Assembly (NCBI RefSeq): GCF_001194135.2
Contig: NC_069007.1
Span: 20,614,534-20,649,427, forward strand
DNA length: 34,894 nt
From: Octopus bimaculoides
Taxonomy: Eukaryota
Direction: 5' to 3'
A program made the position numbers and the translations under genes. Shown one piece after another: positions 11,461 to 22,347 of the stretch; the stretch's first letter is position 1, and each line of letters opens with the position of its first letter. A model generated the notes under the pieces. It was not told the origin of the DNA, did not search any database, and worked only from the letters and a program-made list of their open reading frames with translations.

Positions 11461-11940
11461 CATGTGCTCGCACGAGACTATATTACGTAATGTTTGGTAA
11501 TCTAATCACTGTGTTTCTTATGGTGTAGAATTTAGGGCTATGGATTGTATACCGTAAGCTACCAGCGTTAGAGTAGTGAGACAAATGTGAGAGAGGGAAG
11601 TGGGTCAAGTTGTGTGATTCATGAAAGGTTATTTAAAGCAGCTATTCATACTCATTCAATTTCAGACGATTGTTAATCGTTGGTATATTTCTGTTATCAG
11701 AATGGCTTCTTTAATCCACAAACTACCGACATTACGATCTATAGCTCTAACGCAAATTGCATGGCCGTTGATCATGCTTTCGTATTTTTCAATGTATTTT
11801 GTCTTTTAAGATGATGCGCGTGAGTGTAGATACTCTTTGATTTGGTAGGGGAATAACGGAATCGTACATACTGATGTGATACACTACACAGGTACACTGC
11901 TTCTGGTATTGGAAGTTGTCAAGCAAATACAAGTCTGTGT

Positions 11941-12103
11941 GACGGGCTTCCTTCAGTTTCCGTCTACCAAATCCACTCACAAAGCTTTGGTCGGCGCGAG
12001 GTTATAGTAGAAGACACTTGTCCAAGGTGCCACGCAGTGGGATTGAACCTGGAACCATATTGCTGGGAAGCAAGCTTCTTACCACACAGCCACTTCTGCA
12101 CCT
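11941..12103 (-). mobile_element. tRNA-derived CORE-SINE (family B, octopus OR-type), head plus CORE domain
   Basis: Minus strand: A-box TGGCTGTGTGG (12082-12092), B-box GGTTCAATCCC (12039-12049), then GTGGCACCTTGGACAAGTGTCTT, resembling the MIR CORE motif GTGACCTTGGGCAAGTCACTT. Confidence 0.88.
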
Positions 12104-12132
12104 CTGTGTAGTAATAAGTTATGTAATTTTAC

Positions 12133-12175
<43 letters not shown>

Positions 12176-12928
12176 CTTGCGTATTTGGACAGTATATATG
12201 AATTTATACATATATTTGCTCAATATATAGCAAATATTATTTTTAAAAAAAAGGTGATAGTAGACCCGAAAACATGAATANNNNNNNNNNNNNNNNNNNN
12301 NNNNNNNNNNNNNNNNNNNNNNNNNNNNNNNNNNNNNNNNNNNNNNNNNNNNNNNNNNNNNNNNNNNNNNNNNNNNNNNNNNNNNNNNNNNNNNNNNNNN
12401 NNNNNNNNNNNNNNNNNNNNNNNNNNNNNNNNNNNNNNNNNNNNNNNNNNNNNNNNNNNNNNNNNNNNNNNNNNNNNNNNNNNNNNNNNNNNNNNNNNNN
12501 NNNNNNNNNNNNNNNNNNNNNNNNNNNNNNNNNNNNNNNNNNNNNNNNNNNNNNNNNNNNNNNNNNNNNNNNNNNNNNNNNNNNNNNNNNNNNNNNNNNN
12601 NNNNNNNNNNNNNNNNNNNNNNNNNNNNNNNNNNNNNNNNNNNNNNNNNNNNNNNNNNNNNNNNNNNNNNNNNNNNNNNNNNNNNNNNNNNNNNNNNNNN
12701 NNNNNNNNNNNNNNNNNNNNNNNNNNNNNNNNNNNNNNNNNNNNNNNNNNNNNNNNNNNNNNNNNNNNNNNNNNNNNNNNNNNNNNNNNNNNNNNNNNNN
12801 NNNNNNNNNNNNNNNNNNNNNNNNNNNNNNNNNNNNNNNNNNNNNNNNNNNNNNNNNNNNNNNNNNNNNNNNNNNNNNNNNNNNNNNNNNNNNNNNNNNN
12901 NNNNNNNNNNNNNNNNNNNNNNNNNNNN

Positions 12929-12987
<59 letters not shown>

Positions 12988-13734
12988 CATATATATAAAT
13001 ATATATATTTATATATATTATACATATATACGTACATGTATGTATGTATGTATGTATATGAATGTTAGAAACATTATATTAAATGGCGGTATTTTAATTT
13101 TCAGCTCCGTTGACTTGTAAATTAGTGTTTGAAAATTTTGATGGATAATTCATCTCAAACCACCACACCCAGCCCCCTGCTTTGCTCCCTCAAATATAAA
13201 AGAAACCCCTAAAAAAAAAAACTTTAAAAATAGGGAATAGGAAAGCAAAAATCGTGGGACCACCAGTTCCTCATTTGTACGATGTCTCCCCTAGCTCCTT
13301 TGGTAAGCGCTATTAAATGTCTCGGTCCTATTATGTGGGGGCGAAGTCGGAAATTACAGCTAGGTAACTGTGGCTACTCTGCTGGGGTAATTCGGTTCAT
13401 TATTTGTTTGGATATGTGAAAAAAGGTGAATGGAGCGATTATTAAGTGGGAAGGAAAGAAATAGAGCTGGGAGTAAAGTATTATAGTAGATAGGGGGGAG
13501 AATAATGAACGAGTAGGCAGAGGAGGAGGTGGAGTGAAAGAAGTGGAGTGTGTGATCGCTTGACAGAAGATTACATCTTTAGTTTTAAAAAATGACCCTT
13601 TCTCACGTTCCCCCTCTTTATCTATTTATTTCTCTCTTTCTATCTCTCTCTCTCTCCTCCTTCTCCACCTCCTGACTCTCCTTCTTTCGGTTTGTTATAT
13701 CAGAACAGGTTTTTTTTATTGTTCATTTAAACAT

Positions 13735-13890
13735 TAAGAGTGGTAAGTTAACAGAATCGTTCGAGCGTCGGTCAAAATACTTGGCGTCAATTTCTTTTTC
13801 TGGCTCTTGACGTGGTAAGGGTCAACTTTTCCGTGCATTCTTTCTGGGACCAAAAATAGTAGTCAAATAATGAGATCGATATAATCGACT
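13735..13890 (+). mobile_element. SINE family A, old copy with the B-box segment deleted
   Basis: CAGAATCGTTCGAGCGTCGGTCAAAATACTT...GGTCAACTTT...GATCGATATAATCGACT parallels the reverse complement of 7733-7950. Confidence 0.7.
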
Positions 13891-13964
13891 AAACCCGCTA
13901 AAATTAACGGCCTATTGCCAAAAACGGAAACAATTACAAATATACGTATATGTATCTATATATA

Positions 13965-14327
13965 TTTTTTTTTTTTCTTTTTAATGCGTTTCAGCCAAGT
14001 GGCTGCGGTCATGCTGGTGCACCACCGTGATTTTCACGTTCCTTGCATGGCTCTTCTCCCCCACCCGACATGGTCCAATCAAGAGTTTTGATGGCACATC
14101 TGATGTATAAGAGAATTTGACATAGCTGCCCTAAACTGCGTCTCATTACGAGCAATTGGTTCGTCTGGTATCGTGGAGAGGAAAGCGTCAAGTTTTGTCT
14201 TGAAGACCTCCGCATCCATGTCTTGCATGTCTCTCAAATGTTTTCGCAGGGCATTGAAGAGCTGAGGTCCTCTGAAACCGAGGCTGCTGCAGTATCTCGT
14301 TCTTATGTGAGATGCAGTGGACGGTAC
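13965..14327 (-). mobile_element. 3' end of a CR1/L2-group LINE (Daphne/Crack-like): ORF2 C-terminus, 3' UTR and A-rich tail; 5' part lost in an N-gap
   Basis: Open minus-strand frame 14327-14079, followed by ~100 bp UTR with a terminal stem-loop and an A-rich tail (T-run 13965-13982 on +). Clade assignment is from recalled C-terminal motifs, not a search. Confidence 0.8.
14079..14327 (-). pseudogene. LINE ORF2 (reverse transcriptase protein) C-terminal fragment, 82 codons, not in the supplied ORF track
   Basis: Translates without stops as VPSTASHIRTRYCSSLGFRGPQLFNALRKHLRDMQDMDAEVFKTKLDAFLSTIPDEPIARNETQFRAAMSNSLIHQMCHQNS*. The GPxLFNxL...FKxKLDxFLxxIPDxP...RAAxSNSL pattern is typical of CR1/L2-group ORF2 ends. 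Confidence 0.8.
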
Positions 14328-14610
14328 NNNNNNNNNNNNNNNNNNNNNNNNNNNNNNNNNNNNNNNNNNNNNNNNNNNNNNNNNNNNNNNNNNNNNNNNN
14401 NNNNNNNNNNNNNNNNNNNNNNNNNNNNNNNNNNNNNNNNNNNNNNNNNNNNNNNNNNNNNNNNNNNNNNNNNNNNNNNNNNNNNNNNNNNNNNNNNNNN
14501 NNNNNNNNNNNNNNNNNNNNNNNNNNNNNNNNNNNNNNNNNNNNNNNNNNNNNNNNNNNNNNNNNNNNNNNNNNNNNNNNNNNNNNNNNNNNNNNNNNNN
14601 NNNNNNNNNN

Positions 14611-14652
<42 letters not shown>

Positions 14653-14940
14653 GTATTTCTGAATTTTAATGTGTTTGTGCTCGTAAGTGTGTTCTTTTCA
14701 GTTTTTAATTATCTAAATTCTTCCTCAGAGGAAGGAGCTAGTTTCTAACAACGATACAAGGCTCCATCGTTTGAATGTAGATACAAAAATCTATTTTACA
14801 TTATAAATTTGAGTAAAGTCTCGCATATTTTTACTGCTCCACTTACAGATTGTATTTATAATGTGCGAGTTAGTTGGTCGACTTCTTTTTTCTGAAAAGC
14901 CATCCATATGTATGTATGTATGGAAAAATTTCCAACTTAA

Positions 14941-15040
14941 GCCGAACCGCTAAGTTACAGGGACATAAACACACCAACATAGGTTGTCAAGCGATGGTGG
15001 AGGAACAAGCACAGACACACACACACGCACACACACACAC
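14941..15040 (-). mobile_element. Family B SINE, mid-body fragment with internal (CA)n
   Basis: GCCGAACCGCTAAGTTACAGGGACATAAACACACCAACATAGGTTGTCAAGCGATG matches the octopus SINE body as I recall it; no second copy in the window to confirm. Confidence 0.65.
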
Positions 15041-15080
<40 letters not shown>

Positions 15081-15356
15081 GTATGTGCGTGTCCGTGCTT
15101 GTGTGTTGCGTTCACATTAACACAACATCACGAACACATGAATATACCCAAGAATAGATGGATACATTGACAAATGTAATTCGTCCGGATAAATATACAC
15201 ATACACACACACACATACACTCACATATACATTTTGTGACTATGTCTATCCTTCAATCTGTCTGTCTCTCTATCTATCAGTCTATCGATCACTTATTACC
15301 TGTCAGTTTGCCTACCTGTCTTTCTGTCTAGTTACCTAGCTATTGATCTGTGTGCA

Positions 15357-15397
<41 letters not shown>

Positions 15398-15542
15398 TTG
15401 CGTGTGTGTGTCTGTGTGTATGTATGTGCGTTTGCATGTGCGTAAGTTTGTCGGTGCCTGTCTATGCATTCATGGATATGTATGTATGCATGCATGCATG
15501 TATATATGTATGATGTGTCATTCTACTCGTGTATATGCGTGT

Positions 15543-15575
<33 letters not shown>

Positions 15576-15761
15576 CGTGTGTGTGTGTGCGTGTGTAAAT
15601 GTGTATGTTTGTCGGTGCCTGTCTACATACATGGATGTGTGTTTATAAATATAAATATAAGTGTTTGTGTACGGATGTATACATCCACATATGTATGCTT
15701 CTACATATGTATGTATGTATGTATGTATGTATTTATGTCAAATCATGAACAAAACGTATAG

Positions 15762-15807
<46 letters not shown>

Positions 15808-16547
15808 CCTCTCTCTTTCTCCTTGATGCTTTTCAACTCACCAATTTACTCTTGGTTCCGCCAGCCTCCCTCTGAGCAGTTGTCTGCCAATATCGACACG
15901 CCATCTGTATTGACTATATAAACACTGCCGTTGGGTTTTACCGCATCCTACAGGGACTTTAGGTACACAACCAAGGTACTTGATAACCTTGCAGCAGAAC
16001 ATTCCGTTTACTATGTAATCAACAGGCCATCATTGATGCACACGACTTACTAGAAATAGTAGCTAACATCTTCACCAAATCACAAGCTAGAGTTTTTTTT
16101 CTTCTTTTTGTTTTTTTTTNNNNNNNNNNNNNNNNNNNNNNNNNNNNNNNNNNNNNNNNNNNNNNNNNNNNNNNNNNNNNNNNNNNNNNNNNNNNNNNNN
16201 NNNNNNNNNNNNNNNNNNNNNNNNNNNNNNNNNNNNNNNNNNNNNNNNNNNNNNNNNNNNNNNNNNNNNNNNNNNNNNNNNNNNNNNNNNNNNNNNNNNN
16301 NNNNNNNNNNNNNNNNNNNNNNNNNNNNNNNNNNNNNNNNNNNNNNNNNNNNNNNNNNNNNNNNNNNNNNNNNTATATAAGCCTCTATAGAGGGCGGTTA
16401 AACTCAGGGGTTGCCCCAGGCGGTACACAGTCACTTTCTACTCCATTGAATGTGTCTGTAAATAAGAGAAAATGGTGTCGGTTAGAGCACCTATGATCAT
16501 AAGTTTGCTTCACATCGGCTGATATTGGCTGGTCTGGAAGCACAATA

Positions 16548-16889
16548 CGGGGACCCCCTTCGGTCATGACTGACCATGGGATTGCACCTAGGAAGTTACC
16601 CTCCCAGGCACAAGTCCGGGCAAGGTTGCTTTATGGAGGGCCAGCAGTCGCCCAATGCATACCGGCCTCCCCTCTCCACGCCACCAGTGTTATCCAAGGG
16701 AAAAGCAAAGGGGCCGATACAGCTTGGCACTTGTGACGTCGTAACTCATTTCTACAGCTGAGTGAACTGAAGCAACGTGAAATAAAGTGTCTTGCTAAAG
16801 AACACAACACGCTGCCCAGTCCGGGATTCGAACTCACAACCGCACGATCGCAAGCTCGACGCTCTAACCACTGAGCCATGCACCTTCAC
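16548..16889 (-). mobile_element. Full-length tRNA-derived CORE-SINE (family C)
   Basis: Minus strand: A-box TGGCTCAGTGG (16868-16878), B-box GAGTTCGAATCC (16824-16835), CORE-like TGTGTTCTTTAGCAAGACACTT...CACTCAGCTGTAGAAATGAG, terminal hairpin GGTCA-N4-TGACC (16562-16575). Perfect 12-bp TSD GGAAGCACAATA at 16536-16547 and 16890-16901. Confidence 0.92.
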
Positions 16890-16901
16890 GGAAGCACAAT
16901 A

Positions 16902-17030
16902 ACAATAATGGTGATATAGACTGGGTCCACCACCCTGCATAACACCCCTGTTTGGTCGCTGGGTATGCTTGATAGAACTGCAGGTATTCAGGTCAGGTTG
17001 GCTGACCTTGGGCTTAACAGCAACAACAGT
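16902..17030 (+). repeat. Possible older interspersed-repeat 3' end with an (AAC)n-like tail, interrupted by the family C SINE
   Basis: GC-richer than its flanks and ends in CTTAACAGCAACAACAG; resembles repeats I recall from octopus DNA but cannot name. Confidence 0.3.
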
Positions 17031-17265
17031 GGTGGTAGACTTAATCCGTGGCCCTGCTTAACACCCTAATCTGATTCCATGGGTCTGTTTGGCAGTATTG
17101 CAAGCATTCAGAACAGGTCTCCTGTCTAAAGTTAACTCCGTGTGTCTCACCATCCTTGCTATTGCTTAATCCTCCACTAGGTGGCGTCGTGATGTATCAA
17201 GTTCAATAGATCTGTGAATAGCTTTCAATCGATTATGTGACTACGTACCGTGTTGTTGATCTGTT

Positions 17266-17331
17266 TGTTTGCTCCCGTTGTACGGACTGTTTGCTCCCGT
17301 CGTACGGACTGTTTGCTCCCGTCGTACGGAC
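17266..17331. repeat. 22-bp tandem repeat x3 (TGTTTGCTCCCGTCGTACGGAC)
   Basis: Units at 17266, 17288 and 17310; one mismatch in total. Confidence 0.95.
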
Positions 17332-18643
17332 GCTCGCTTTAAATCGAATCTGGAAAAGAAGCATATTTAGGAAGCAATTGCTCTTAAAAAAACAGCATCT
17401 CGAGGGTCAGAATATATATATACTGAATGCATCCGTGCATTTTGAAAAGAATCGCATTAAAAATACAAAATTCAGAAAAGGAGACACGGGGAACGGAAAC
17501 CCCATAGATAGAAGTAACACGTTCAAATGTCCTCCCTCGTGACCGAGTTTGTCTATTTAGGGTTGATCTCCTTAACCACTCAAGGGGAAAAAGAACCGAA
17601 ACGAGTTAATTAATCCTTGCTACATGAAAGACCATATGTTTACCAATCATGCAATAGATGTTCTCTTTTACTAAAGAGATATGTTTGTACACACACAATG
17701 TCAAAAGTCATGATTCTGCAGTGCATTTAACTGAGAAGAGACGTCTAGGTGAGAAGGGCTGTGATGAAATAAGTAGATCAGCAACTTGGCTACGTAATCT
17801 TTGCTTTGATGGACTGAAGAGAGATGTGGGAGTCCCTAACGGCCCTTTCTACGGTTTCTTGCCTGCTCATCATAGAAGATGAACCCTGTTTCTTTTCCCA
17901 TTACACATTAAAAAATCATAGGTTTGTGTTCACATATTTGTAGTTCTCACACAGCCATACTTTCTATAATCCACGTTGAATTTAGTCCATCAGATTTACG
18001 CTGTGTTCTACAGAAAAAATATATTATTTAATTAATGAGAAGCTGTTAAAAAAAAACAAATATGCAAATCACCTATCCTCTACAGTGATAAACTAATTGA
18101 TGACTGTAGTAACTGATTGATCTATCCTATTGACTGGGGGAGTTTGTCCATAAGATTTCTTTGCTTTCTATGCACAGAAAAGGCTTGGAAGGCATGCGCT
18201 TACCTTCTTATATTTCTATTACAGCTAAGCTCTCTAATATTTAAAATTTATGTTAATCCTCTGATTTACGGTTCTTCAACCGACACTCGACTGACCCTCA
18301 AAAACTCGTGTTAGATCTGGAAAAGCAAAAATTCTGTTAAGAACCTAAAGTAATATTTCGAGTGCCTCTGGCACATCTTTAACAAACTTCGTGACAATTC
18401 TGATGTAGTCAAGTCACTTGAATTCTTCCACCATCGTCATAACTGCGCAACCGTTCGCAGACGTTACCAAAGCTCTCATAATAACTGAATACCGGTAAAT
18501 TGAGAGAAGTGTATTTGTACAGTGACTCAGCAAGCTGGTTACCAATAATCGTCAATTCTGTACGTATTTCCGTTGCATATTATAATCATATCACGTGCAG
18601 TCTATCGTGTATGTATGTATGTATGTATGTATGTATGTATGTA

Positions 18644-18861
18644 CGAAGGGTGCTGAAATGTTCCTCGCTTTGGGTAAAGAAAATACAGGAGAATCAGTTA
18701 ATTATGATTTTAATCAACATATTTCCCGTTCAGGTTCAAACACTTCGTGCAGCGGTCCTTCATTTTTTTTTCTAAGCCCTGTAAAAGAACTCGGAAGGTT
18801 GGGCCTCCAACCAGGCCTTTCGCAACACCCTTGAAGCTAGGAACTTTTCATCACTCCCTCG
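18644..18861 (-). mobile_element. Mariner internal-deletion derivative (MITE-like, 218 bp)
   Basis: TIRs CGAAGGGTGCTGAAATGTTCCTCGCTT (18644-18670) and AAGCTAGGAACTTTTCATCACTCCCTCG (18834-18861), 23/28 complementary. TA on the left, CA (mutated TA) on the right. Minus strand retains GLEKKMKDRCTKCLNLNGKYVD*, like the mariner transposase C-terminus (RWxKCxxxxGxYVE*). Confidence 0.85.
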
Positions 18862-18864
18862 CAT

Positions 18865-18979
18865 GTGTATGTATAAGTGTGTATGTATTTGTGTATGGGT
18901 GAGCGCATACATGTATGAATATATACATATATATCCTCAAACACATACGCACACACACACGGGTAGATATACATATAAG

Positions 18980-19020
<41 letters not shown>

Positions 19021-19280
19021 TCAGACAAACAGAAAGACAACCTGACAAATAGATATTTGTCTATGTATGTATATATGTATGTATGATTGTATGTATATGT
19101 GTGATTGTATATGTGTGTGTATAAGTGTGTATGTATGCATGTATTATGCGTATGATTGTATATATCTGTATATATGTGTATGTATGTGCGTATGTATGTA
19201 TGTATGTATGTATGTATGTGTGTGATTGTATATATGTATGTATGCACGTATACGTACATTGGTCTCTGAAATCGGTAAAC

Positions 19281-19327
<47 letters not shown>

Positions 19328-19330
19328 TGC
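18865..19330. repeat. Compound (TATG)/(TAGA)/(GA) microsatellite field
   Basis: Read directly from the sequence. Confidence 0.9.
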
Positions 19331-19689
19331 AGAGACTCGCCTTGTGTTTTTACAGATGGATAAATAAGAAGTGTATATAAGGGAAAATCATAAACTGAAC
19401 GGCAGAAAGAAAAACACACACAAAAAGCTGCAACTTTAAATTAACAGGATGTTAATGATTATAAGTGGCGGGTTACCTGGTACAATGAAATTTAGCGGGA
19501 TGCAGTTAATTTATATGGAAAGTTGCATGTGTCTGTGCGTGCGCGCGCGCATGTGTGTGTTTGTGTGTGAGTGTCTGTGTGACTGTGTGTGTGTGAATTA
19601 AGGTAGAGCGGTGTACGTATATACACGTGTGCGCTTGCGCGTGTGTGTATGTCTGTGTTTACATATATGTATGTATATATATATGTATA

Positions 19690-19744
<55 letters not shown>

Positions 19745-19885
19745 ATACTTACGTCATATGTATATGTATTTATATATAAATGCATATGTACATACATACA
19801 TGCATGCATGTATATATGCAAATTGCTATAGACATATAAGCAGATATTACGCATATGCATTTAGAAATACACACAGATATATACA

Positions 19886-19994
<109 letters not shown>

Positions 19995-20181
19995 GCATAT
20001 ATATACATGTAATATCTGCATACATGCAGATATATTTTTTTGGCATATGTGTGAGCATATATGTATGTGCGTACACACAAAAGTGAGTGTGTGTGTGTAT
20101 GTGTGTGTATGAACGCATCTATGTGTATTTGCGTTATTTCAGTATCTATTTTTACTATTCTTAAATTAGCGACAAGACGAA

Positions 20182-20213
20182 ACAGGAAGTGCAAAGAGTG
20201 AACCAAGATGGCG
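20182..20213 (+). promoter_or_regulatory. Candidate core-promoter motif pair: ETS site plus YY1 site
   Basis: ACAGGAAGTG (20182-20191) and CAAGATGGCG (20204-20213), 12 bp apart in unique DNA; motif match only. Confidence 0.3.
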
Positions 20214-20906
20214 TTTTAAATTGTTACTATATCATATCGTTTGCGTGTGCGCGTGTGTGTGTGTCGCTGAGTTATCCGGTTTATCTAAATTATTCTCTCA
20301 TTAAGCTATTCTTTTTACTTTCTTATGTATTTCTTTTAAAATATTATAATCAGATTGATATTTCGTTAGTATTTCTTGCAAATCAAGTGACCACGCAGCG
20401 ACGCCGCTCCTTCATCGCTTGACTTGTTAATTGGATGGTGAACGGTTCGGTGGTTGTTTCATTGGGTGGCTGGTTCGTGCGGTGGTTGCCTGGGCGAGTG
20501 GGCGAGTGTTTGGAAACCTAGACTCTATGATTCATTACGTCTTTCCATAATTGTAAGATCGTTCACCCCTGCTCCGATTATATCCTTCATAATTATTATA
20601 CCAACGACGAAAAAATTTTGGGAGTAACAATGAGAAGGCGCACCTGAACATAGGAAAGCACATGCAGTATTATAGGTGCGGCTGGTATGTAGGTGGGCGT
20701 TAAATCCTAACATAAGCCCCTAACACATTCACACGCATATACATGCATACATACATACACACACACACATACATGCATACATATACAAACACACACATAC
20801 ACTCATACACACATCCATACAGAGACAACAGCTTCGACACCTCCTGCTTCTATATCCGGATGACAGATCCACACTTATACCACTAATAATTGGAGAACTT
20901 GGTTTT

Positions 20907-22347
20907 GTAAGTAAATGTACGTGCGTGCGTACGTACGTGCATAAATACGTACGTCCGTACGTAGTAAATACCTACGTGCGTACGTCCGTGCGTGCGTACG
21001 TACGTACGTAAATACGTGCGTACGTACGTGCGTATGAACGTGCAAATATACGTGCGTACGTACGTGCATAGTTACGTAGATACGTACGTCGGTACAAACG
21101 TGAATACGTACGTGCGTATTTACGTGTATACATACATCCGTACGTAGTGCATACATACCAGCGACATTACTGCTTACTTACGTCCGTACGTACGTGCGTA
21201 CGTACATGCATACGTACGTGCATACATACGTGCATACATACGTGCATACATACCTCCGTACGTACCGTGCGAACGTAGGAAGGCACGTACGTGAAAGTAC
21301 GTGCTTACCTACGTAAGTGCATAGGTACGTCCATATGCACGTGAGTACGTACGTACGTGCGTACGTACTTCCATACATAGTGCATACGTACGTGCGTACG
21401 AACGTGTCATCCGTACGTGCGTACGAACGTGCATCCGTACGTGCGTACGTTCGTGCATACGTACGTACGTCAATACGTACGTCCATACGTACGTCCATAC
21501 AAACGTCCAAACAAACATGCATACGTATGTCCGTACGTACGTAAAAACGTACGTGCGTACGTACGTGTGTAAGTACGTAAATACGTACGTGCATACGTAC
21601 GAACGTAGGGCTTATGTACGTGCATACGCACGCACGTACGTAGGAACGTACGTATTGCATACATACGTTCGTACGGACGTACGTACTTCGTGCCTACGTA
21701 CGTACTTCCATACGTACGTACACACCTATGTGCGTACGTATGTCCATACGTACGTTCATACATACGTGCGTACGTACGTAGGGCATATGAACGTGCGTAC
21801 GTACGTCCATACGTACGCACGTAAATACGCACGTATGTACGTACGTACGCATATACGTTTATACGTAAATGCATGCGTACGTACGTGCATACGTACGTCC
21901 GTACTTACCTGCGTGCATACGAAGGTGCATACGTACGGCCGTACGTAGTAAAGACGTACGTGCGTACGTACGTAAATACGCACGTGCGTACGTACGTACA
22001 TACGTGCGTACGTACGTATTGCATACGTACGTTCGTACGGACCTACGTACTTCGTGCACACGAACCTGCGTACGTATGCCCATACGTACGTTCATACGTA
22101 CGTGCGTACGTACGTGAATACGTACGTAGAGCATATGTACGTGCGTACGTACGTCCGTACGTGCATACATACGCACGTATGGACGCAGGTACGTAGGAAC
22201 GTCCTTACGAACGTACGTACGAGTATATGTACGTCTATACGTACGCCCGTACGTATAGCATACGTACGGGCGTACGTTCGTGCCTACGTTCGTGCCTACG
22301 TACGTGCATACGTACGTCCGTATGTACCTGCGTACGTACGTGCATAC
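20907..22347. repeat. Complex (TACG)n-based satellite, left (most diverged) block
   Basis: Continuous TACG/CGTA core with recurrent variant words (GTGCGTAC, GTAAATAC, GTCCGTAC, GCATAC, GGGCATATG). Begins abruptly at GTAAGTAAAT (20907) after unique DNA. Confidence 0.95.

Noticed and set aside
15864-15963. Possible 100-nt exon after CCGCCAG
   Set aside because: Stops in all three frames and a weak donor.
16800-16889. tRNA genes at the A/B-box pairs (also 12039-12092, 7861-7934, 4113-4157)
   Set aside because: No full cloverleaf; each continues into a SINE body.
17266-17331. CRISPR-like array (also considered for the satellite units)
   Set aside because: Repeats are contiguous with no unique spacers; eukaryotic context; no cas genes.
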